From positions 236,162 to 300,161 of the forward strand of contig JBAZXD010000001.1 in assembly GCA_041660025.1 (NCBI GenBank): a DNA stretch of 64,000 nucleotides. The letters are read 5' to 3'. The position numbers and the translations under genes were made by a program. The notes beneath the pieces were generated by a model. The model worked only from the letters and a program-made list of their open reading frames with translations. It did no database searches and was not told the origin of the DNA. Below are positions 59,527 through 64,000 of this stretch, piece by piece. Origin of the DNA: Minisyncoccota bacterium (GTDB lineage: Bacteria > Patescibacteriota > Minisyncoccia > Phycocordibacterales > Phycocordibacteraceae). Within the stretch, counting starts at the first letter, position 1, and each line of letters starts with the position of its first letter.

Positions 59527-60138
59527 ATGAAAACAGGACCACGATATAAAATAGCGAAGCGCCTCGGCGCAACCGTCTTCGAGAAAGCGCAGACGCAGAA
59601 GTTCGCTATCTCCGCCGAGCGTTCGGCGAAGAACAAACGTCGTAGCCGCGGTCGCCAGAGCGAGTACGGCAAGCAGATGCTCGAGAAGCAGAAGGTGCGC
59701 ATTACCTACGGGCTCCCCGAGCGACAGTTCCGCAACTATGTGAACAAGGCGCTCTTGGCGCACAGCGCGAAGCCCTCTGAGCGCCTGCACGAGCTCCTTG
59801 AGCTTCGGCTCGACAACGTCGTCTGGCGGCTCGGGCTCGCGTCCACGCGGCGCGGCGCACGCCAGATGGTGGCGCACGGCCACGTGATGGTCGGCGACAA
59901 GAAGATGCGCGTTCCCTCGCACCTGCTCGCGGTCGGCGACCGTATCAGCGTGCGCCAGGGTTCCTTGGAGCATGGCGTCCTGGTCGGCTTCGCCGAGCGC
60001 TTCGCTGAGCGCCCGCTCCCGTCCTGGCTCGTCTGGGACGCGAAGAAGATGGAGGGCGGGGTGAAGGAGCTACCCACCTCGGCGTCGGCGGATGTCGCGG
60101 GCGACCTGGTCGCCGTGCTCTCGTTCTACACGAGATAA
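59527..60138 (+). CDS. rpsD: 30S ribosomal protein S4
   Basis: S4 domain LELRLDNVVWRLG. Confidence 0.95.
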   Translation: MKTGPRYKIAKRLGATVFEKAQTQKFAISAERSAKNKRRSRGRQSEYGKQMLEKQKVRITYGLPERQFRNYVNKALLAHSAKPSERLHELLELRLDNVVWRLGLASTRRGARQMVAHGHVMVGDKKMRVPSHLLAVGDRISVRQGSLEHGVLVGFAERFAERPLPSWLVWDAKKMEGGVKELPTSASADVAGDLVAVLSFYTR

Positions 60139-60187
60139 CAGAGTATAGTAATTTGAGTATTAATTAATTGGTAATTACGATTGCGTT

Positions 60188-61129
60188 ATGGAATACCACA
60201 TCACCCTACCGAGTAAGCCCCGTATCGTTTCTGAAGAAGGACTGCAGGGCGTCTATGAGATCGACTCGCTCTACCCGGGCTACGGACACACCCTCGGCAA
60301 TTCTCTGCGCCGCATCATCCTTTCCTCGCTCCCCGGCGCTTCTGTTACGCAGGTAAAGATCGAGGGCGTCCCGCACGAGTTCGCCACCATCGACGGTGTC
60401 CGCGAGACTGTTATGGAGCTTCTCCTCAACCTCAAGCGCGTCCACTTCGTCCTCCACGGCGATGAGCCACAGACTATCTCGCTCTCGGCCAAGGGTACAA
60501 AGGAGGTCACTGCAAATGACTTCAAGCTCCCAAGCCAGGTGGAGATCAAGAATCCTGAACAACACCTCTGCGACCTCTCGGGCAAGGCAGTTCTCGAGCT
60601 CGAGGCGACCATCGAGCGTGGCCTGGGCTACGTCGCACGCGAGGCGCTCACGAAGGACAAGGTCGACATCGGCACCATCGCGCTCGACGCGACCTTCACC
60701 CCTATTCGCCGCGTGAACTACGAGGTGGAGAATATGCGCGTCGGCGACCGCACCGACTTCAATCGCCTGCGCATCCTTATCGAGACCAACGGCACTATCG
60801 CGCCGCGCGAAGCGCTGGAGAAGTCCATCGAGACGATGATCCACCAGCTGAAGGCGGTCATCGGCTTCCAGGAGGAAACTATGGAGGCCTCGACCAAGAG
60901 TGCAGAGGGCGATGCTCTCAGCACGAGTGCCGCAAAGGTTAAGATCGCGGACCTGAATCTTCCGCCGCGCGTCACCTCCTCGCTCGAGGATGCCGGTATC
61001 AAGAGCGCGGCAGGGCTCGCGCGGAAGACCGCGGGCGCCCTCAAGGAGCTCGACGGCATCGGCGAGAAGGCGATCGAGGAGATCTCTGAAGCGCTCGCCG
61101 GCCACGGCCTCACGCTGAAGGCCGAATAA
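60188..61129 (+). CDS. rpoA: DNA-directed RNA polymerase alpha subunit
   Basis: N-terminal dimerisation domain and C-terminal domain. Confidence 0.95.
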   Translation: MEYHITLPSKPRIVSEEGLQGVYEIDSLYPGYGHTLGNSLRRIILSSLPGASVTQVKIEGVPHEFATIDGVRETVMELLLNLKRVHFVLHGDEPQTISLSAKGTKEVTANDFKLPSQVEIKNPEQHLCDLSGKAVLELEATIERGLGYVAREALTKDKVDIGTIALDATFTPIRRVNYEVENMRVGDRTDFNRLRILIETNGTIAPREALEKSIETMIHQLKAVIGFQEETMEASTKSAEGDALSTSAAKVKIADLNLPPRVTSSLEDAGIKSAAGLARKTAGALKELDGIGEKAIEEISEALAGHGLTLKAE

Positions 61130-61134
61130 TTACT

Positions 61135-61488
61135 ATGGCGCATACCACCAAAGCACAGACCTTCCATCGCGAAATCGGCCAGCGCGCGGCGCTTATCCGT
61201 TCGCTCGCGCGTTCCCTCGTCCTCGAGGAGCGCATCTCGACTACCGAGGCGAAGGCGAAGGCGCTCCGCCCGTTCGTCGAGCGGCTCGTCACCTACGCGA
61301 AGACCAATACGCTCGCGAGCCGCCGGCTCGCGGAGAAACGCATCCACGACAAGGCGGCGGTGAAGAAGCTCTTCAGCACCATCGGCCCCCGCTACGCGGA
61401 CCGCAAAGGCGGCTACACGCGCGTGGTAAAGCGCACCAAGCGCGGGACGAACGACGCGCGCAAACTTGCGTACATTGCGTTCGTCTAG
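61135..61488 (+). CDS. rplQ: 50S ribosomal protein L17
   Basis: LVLEERISTTEAKAKALRPFVERL. Confidence 0.9.
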   Translation: MAHTTKAQTFHREIGQRAALIRSLARSLVLEERISTTEAKAKALRPFVERLVTYAKTNTLASRRLAEKRIHDKAAVKKLFSTIGPRYADRKGGYTRVVKRTKRGTNDARKLAYIAFV

Positions 61489-61504
61489 TATTCATTACGT
61501 ATCT

Positions 61505-61876
61505 ATGACCAGCAACACAAAACCAGCCCCGACGACCTACACGATAGACGCGACCGACCGTACCCTCGGCCGCGTGTGTAGCGAGGCGGCGGGCGTCCTC
61601 CTCGGCAAGAAGTCCGTCCACTTCGCGAAGAATCAGACCATTCCGGTCACCGTCACCGTTACCAACGCGGGCAAGCTCCACCTCTCTGCGCGCCGCACGA
61701 AAGGGAAGGTCTATACGCGCTACACGGGCTACCCGGGCGGTCTCTACTCGATGACGATGGAGGATATGATCGCTAAGAAGGGTATCGCAGAAGTCGTGAA
61801 GAAGACCGTCGACGGGATGATCCCGCGCAACAAGCTCCGCAAACCGCGGATGAAGAACCTCATCGTCACCGAATAA
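61505..61876 (+). CDS. rplM: 50S ribosomal protein L13
   Basis: TYTIDATDRTLGRV...; start at MTSNTK. Confidence 0.9.
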   Translation: MTSNTKPAPTTYTIDATDRTLGRVCSEAAGVLLGKKSVHFAKNQTIPVTVTVTNAGKLHLSARRTKGKVYTRYTGYPGGLYSMTMEDMIAKKGIAEVVKKTVDGMIPRNKLRKPRMKNLIVTE

Positions 61877-61881
61877 TATTT

Positions 61882-62277
61882 ATGCAAAAAGATTTCATCA
61901 CCGCCGTCGGACGCCGTAAGACCGCCATCGCGAGCGTGCGTATGCAGAAGGCCGCGAAGTCGAGCCTCATAGTGAACGGCAAGAGCCCGAAGGACTATTT
62001 CAAGACCGATCTGCGCGCACTCATCGCTGAAGAGGCGTTCGCGAAGGCGGAGAGCGCCGAGAACTACGCCGTCACGGCGCACGTGCAGGGTGGCGGTATC
62101 GCCGCCCAGGCGGACGCGGTGCGCCACGCACTCTCGCGCGCGCTCACCAAGGCAGAGCCGAAGACGCGCGCCGTGCTGAAGGCCGCGACCTTCCTCAAGC
62201 GCGACCCGCGCGCCAAGGAGCGCAAGAAGCCGGGCCACGTCAAAGCGAGAAAATCGAAACAGTGGTCTAAGCGTTAA
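61882..62277 (+). CDS. rpsI: 30S ribosomal protein S9
   Basis: GRRKTAIASV...GGGIAAQADAVRHALSRAL; C-terminal KR. Confidence 0.95.
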   Translation: MQKDFITAVGRRKTAIASVRMQKAAKSSLIVNGKSPKDYFKTDLRALIAEEAFAKAESAENYAVTAHVQGGGIAAQADAVRHALSRALTKAEPKTRAVLKAATFLKRDPRAKERKKPGHVKARKSKQWSKR

Positions 62278-62290
62278 GTATTTTACAAAA

Positions 62291-62318
62291 GCAAAAACCG
62301 CCGCAAGGCGGTTTTTGC
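62291..62318. terminator. bidirectional rho-independent terminator after rpsI
   Basis: GCAAAAACCGCC-GCAA-GGCGGTTTTTGC. Confidence 0.8.
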
Positions 62319-62326
62319 TTTTGCCG

Positions 62327-62353
62327 AACGGCTCAGACCCCGTCTGAGCCGTT
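62327..62353 (+). repeat. 29-bp palindrome, copy 4 (first arm base diverged)
   Basis: GAACGGCTCAGACCCCGTCTGAGCCGTTT. Confidence 0.85.
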
Positions 62354-62416
62354 TGACGTTAAGCTTTATTAAGGTAAGGTGGCGGCAGAACGGGACTGTT
62401 TCCCAAGGAGATCCAG

Positions 62417-62830
62417 ATGATTGATGCTCTCATTGGCATTGTTATTTACGCAATATGGGTGTTTCTCGGCCTTGTTGTTTCCGTGCTCACCGTCTGTGGG
62501 ATATTCCTAGCGATCGCTGTGCGTAATGCCAACAAGCTCATGTGGGACTTGCCGTGGCTGAAATGGCTCACGCTCGATGAGATCGTGGAAATGGGATTCT
62601 CGAGGTTTTGGTCCGAGTTCTTTCTTCCGCTGTTCTATAAAAAAGGTTATCTCGAGATTCGGATCTCCTCCGACTGCCCGAAGGAAAAAATGAGGCTGAT
62701 TGAATTTATAGGATTCAATTCCTACACTGTTCAATTTCACGAGTTCAAACTCACAAAACGCAGCGGAAGGAAAAAGCCGAAGCCGTGGAAGTTGCCGGCC
62801 ATTTTTGAATGGCGTCCCGTCTCGGCATAG
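62417..62830 (+). CDS. hypothetical membrane protein in an AT-rich cassette
   Basis: 137 aa; N-terminal TM; AAGGAG SD. Confidence 0.45.
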   Translation: MIDALIGIVIYAIWVFLGLVVSVLTVCGIFLAIAVRNANKLMWDLPWLKWLTLDEIVEMGFSRFWSEFFLPLFYKKGYLEIRISSDCPKEKMRLIEFIGFNSYTVQFHEFKLTKRSGRKKPKPWKLPAIFEWRPVSA

Positions 62831-62882
62831 TCGCTCTATTCATCTTTGATTGAATCGACAACGAAGAAAGGAGGAATACACC

Positions 62883-62954
62883 ATGGCCAAGCTTAGGATG
62901 TTGCGCGGCCGGACGGCCCAAGCGGCTATAAGACCTACGAGCAAAAACTCGTAG
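62883..62954 (+). CDS. candidate 23-aa basic small ORF with strong SD and own terminator (could instead be an sRNA)
   Basis: AAAGGAGGA SD 8 nt upstream; MAKLRMLRGRTAQAAIRPTSKNS; terminator hairpin AGACCTACGAG-CAAAAA-CTCGTAGGTCT + T7 at 62931-62965 includes the stop codon. Confidence 0.25.
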   Translation: MAKLRMLRGRTAQAAIRPTSKNS

Positions 62955-63053
62955 GTCTTTTTTTATCTCACCCACCTTTAGGCGTGGAAGAGGTAAAAAG
63001 GAAAGCGCACCTCGTGAGAGGCGCGCTTGGCGGGTATGTCGCTCTGTGCGACA

Positions 63054-63527
63054 TCAGTGCAGTTTCGTTCTGCGGACAGAGACCGTGACGCATGACTGAG
63101 CCTTCATCCACCGCTTGGCCTTCCGGTCGAATTTCTTGATGACGACAGTCATCACACCGACCTTGACGGGGAGCGTTTCTGCGCTGTTGAAGCGCCGACA
63201 CGCGGTCTTGGCGGGGCCGAAATTCGGCAGGTAGTCCGGGTCAACGGTGATGAGCGGAGAGCGGTCTTTCATATCCTCCCGCACACTCGCCTCCGTCTCG
63301 CCTGGGCCGAGCGGCTCGTCCGGATCCTGGAAGTAGATCCTGTTGATGTACTCTTTCTCGTCCTCTTCAGTCCACTCCCAAGCGAACTCGTCGACCAGGT
63401 AGTAGCGGTCATCCCGCTCCGGGCCGCTGGCCTCGTCGTAGCCGGGGTTCGAGCTGAAGAGATTCCCCAGCACGTGGCCCTCCACCATTGGAGTGAAAAA
63501 TCCCAAATCTCCCAACAGAGTGCTCAT
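63054..63527 (-). CDS. hypothetical acidic protein
   Basis: Start reassigned to MSTLLGDLGFF (GGGAGA SD); the upstream ATG at 63578 lies inside the -10 box. Confidence 0.45.
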   Translation of the reverse strand: MSTLLGDLGFFTPMVEGHVLGNLFSSNPGYDEASGPERDDRYYLVDEFAWEWTEEDEKEYINRIYFQDPDEPLGPGETEASVREDMKDRSPLITVDPDYLPNFGPAKTACRRFNSAETLPVKVGVMTVVIKKFDRKAKRWMKAQSCVTVSVRRTKLH

Positions 63528-63576
63528 GTTCTTTCTCCCAGAAACGTTAATCAAAGGTACCCAGAATTCAGCTTTC

Positions 63577-63606
63577 ATTATACTACATATATAAGTATTT
63601 TGTCAA
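63577..63606 (-). promoter_or_regulatory. sigma70-like promoter TTGACA-18-TATAAT on the minus strand
   Basis: RC reads TTGACAAAATACTTATATATGTAGTATAAT. Confidence 0.5.
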
Positions 63607-63712
63607 TACCCCAATTTCCATTCACCACCAGGCAAAGAGGGCGCGGATGGAATTGACGCTATCTATGTATTATGCTATATTGCAAAGCGGATAAATTCAC
63701 CAGGAGGTTCAC

Positions 63713-64000
63713 GTGTCCAAACACCAACTCTCGCTCGAAGAATCGCAAATCCTGTTTTTCACGGAGCTGATCGCCTTGATGTACTGCTCAGCCGTGAGAA
63801 AAGCTTGTCAGATGTTCATTCAGTCGGATGTCCCGATCGGACCTCTTTTCCTCGAGGGGGCGCTTCGGGAAAATCTCCGGGCACTGCTCCGCGAGCCGCT
63901 CCGCAACCCGTTCTTCCGGGAGAAATTCAACCGGTACTTCCGGACTCATGAGCACCCTGACATACGCAATGTCGCGTATGAATGGATGGGAGAAATATTG
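63713..64000 (+). CDS. partial CDS (5' part) of a hypothetical protein, GTG start
   Basis: AGGAGG SD 7 nt upstream; ORF open to the window end. Confidence 0.35.
   Translation, partial: MSKHQLSLEESQILFFTELIALMYCSAVRKACQMFIQSDVPIGPLFLEGALRENLRALLREPLRNPFFREKFNRYFRTHEHPDIRNVAYEWMGEIL

Overview
This 64-kb window reads as a compact, high-GC bacterial chromosome segment with standard genetic code, small tightly packed genes and many leaderless starts. Gene content (truncated UvrC and AlaRS, many small membrane or secreted proteins, VirD4-like ATPase without TM segments) suggests a reduced-genome, possibly Patescibacteria/CPR-like, organism; that assignment is inference only. The conserved core is a clamp-loader subunit, tgt, uvrB-uvrA-uvrC, ndk, ddl, a complete F-type ATP synthase operon (atpBEFHAGDC), ychF, leuS, mltG, mnmA, ung, an M13 peptidase, alaS, and an infA-rpmJ-rpsM-rpsK-rpsD-rpoA-rplQ-rplM-rpsI cluster. 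There are seven tRNAs: Gln, Ala x3, Val and Pro x2. Interspersed are several AT-richer single- or few-gene cassettes encoding small membrane or secreted proteins. Accessory content includes a VirD4/TraG-like ATPase plus a repeat protein, an ATP-cone/Mrr-like nuclease, a Cas4-like nuclease, a GIY-YIG protein, two NUDIX hydrolases, an MscL with a zinc ribbon, and a sigma70-r4/HARE-HTH protein. Four observations are seen directly in the sequence. (1) A 29-bp perfect palindrome, AAACGGCTCAGACCCCGTCTGAGCCGTTT, occurs four times, each just downstream of a + strand gene (three of them right after a terminator hairpin). (2) Many genes have a TGnTATAAT-type -10 box whose end lies about 7 nt before the start codon, implying leaderless mRNAs; a GGGGTATACT variant occurs three times. 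(3) The 3' end of leuS has been replaced by an AT-richer segment that also carries a downstream gene, leaving a displaced remnant of the old leuS 3' end; in both copies the stop codon sits inside a TATAAT box. (4) An AT-rich five-gene island abuts tRNA-Gln and encodes an NDT-like protein and membrane proteins; it is a candidate novel defence or accessory module. No CRISPR array, rRNA or transposase was found.
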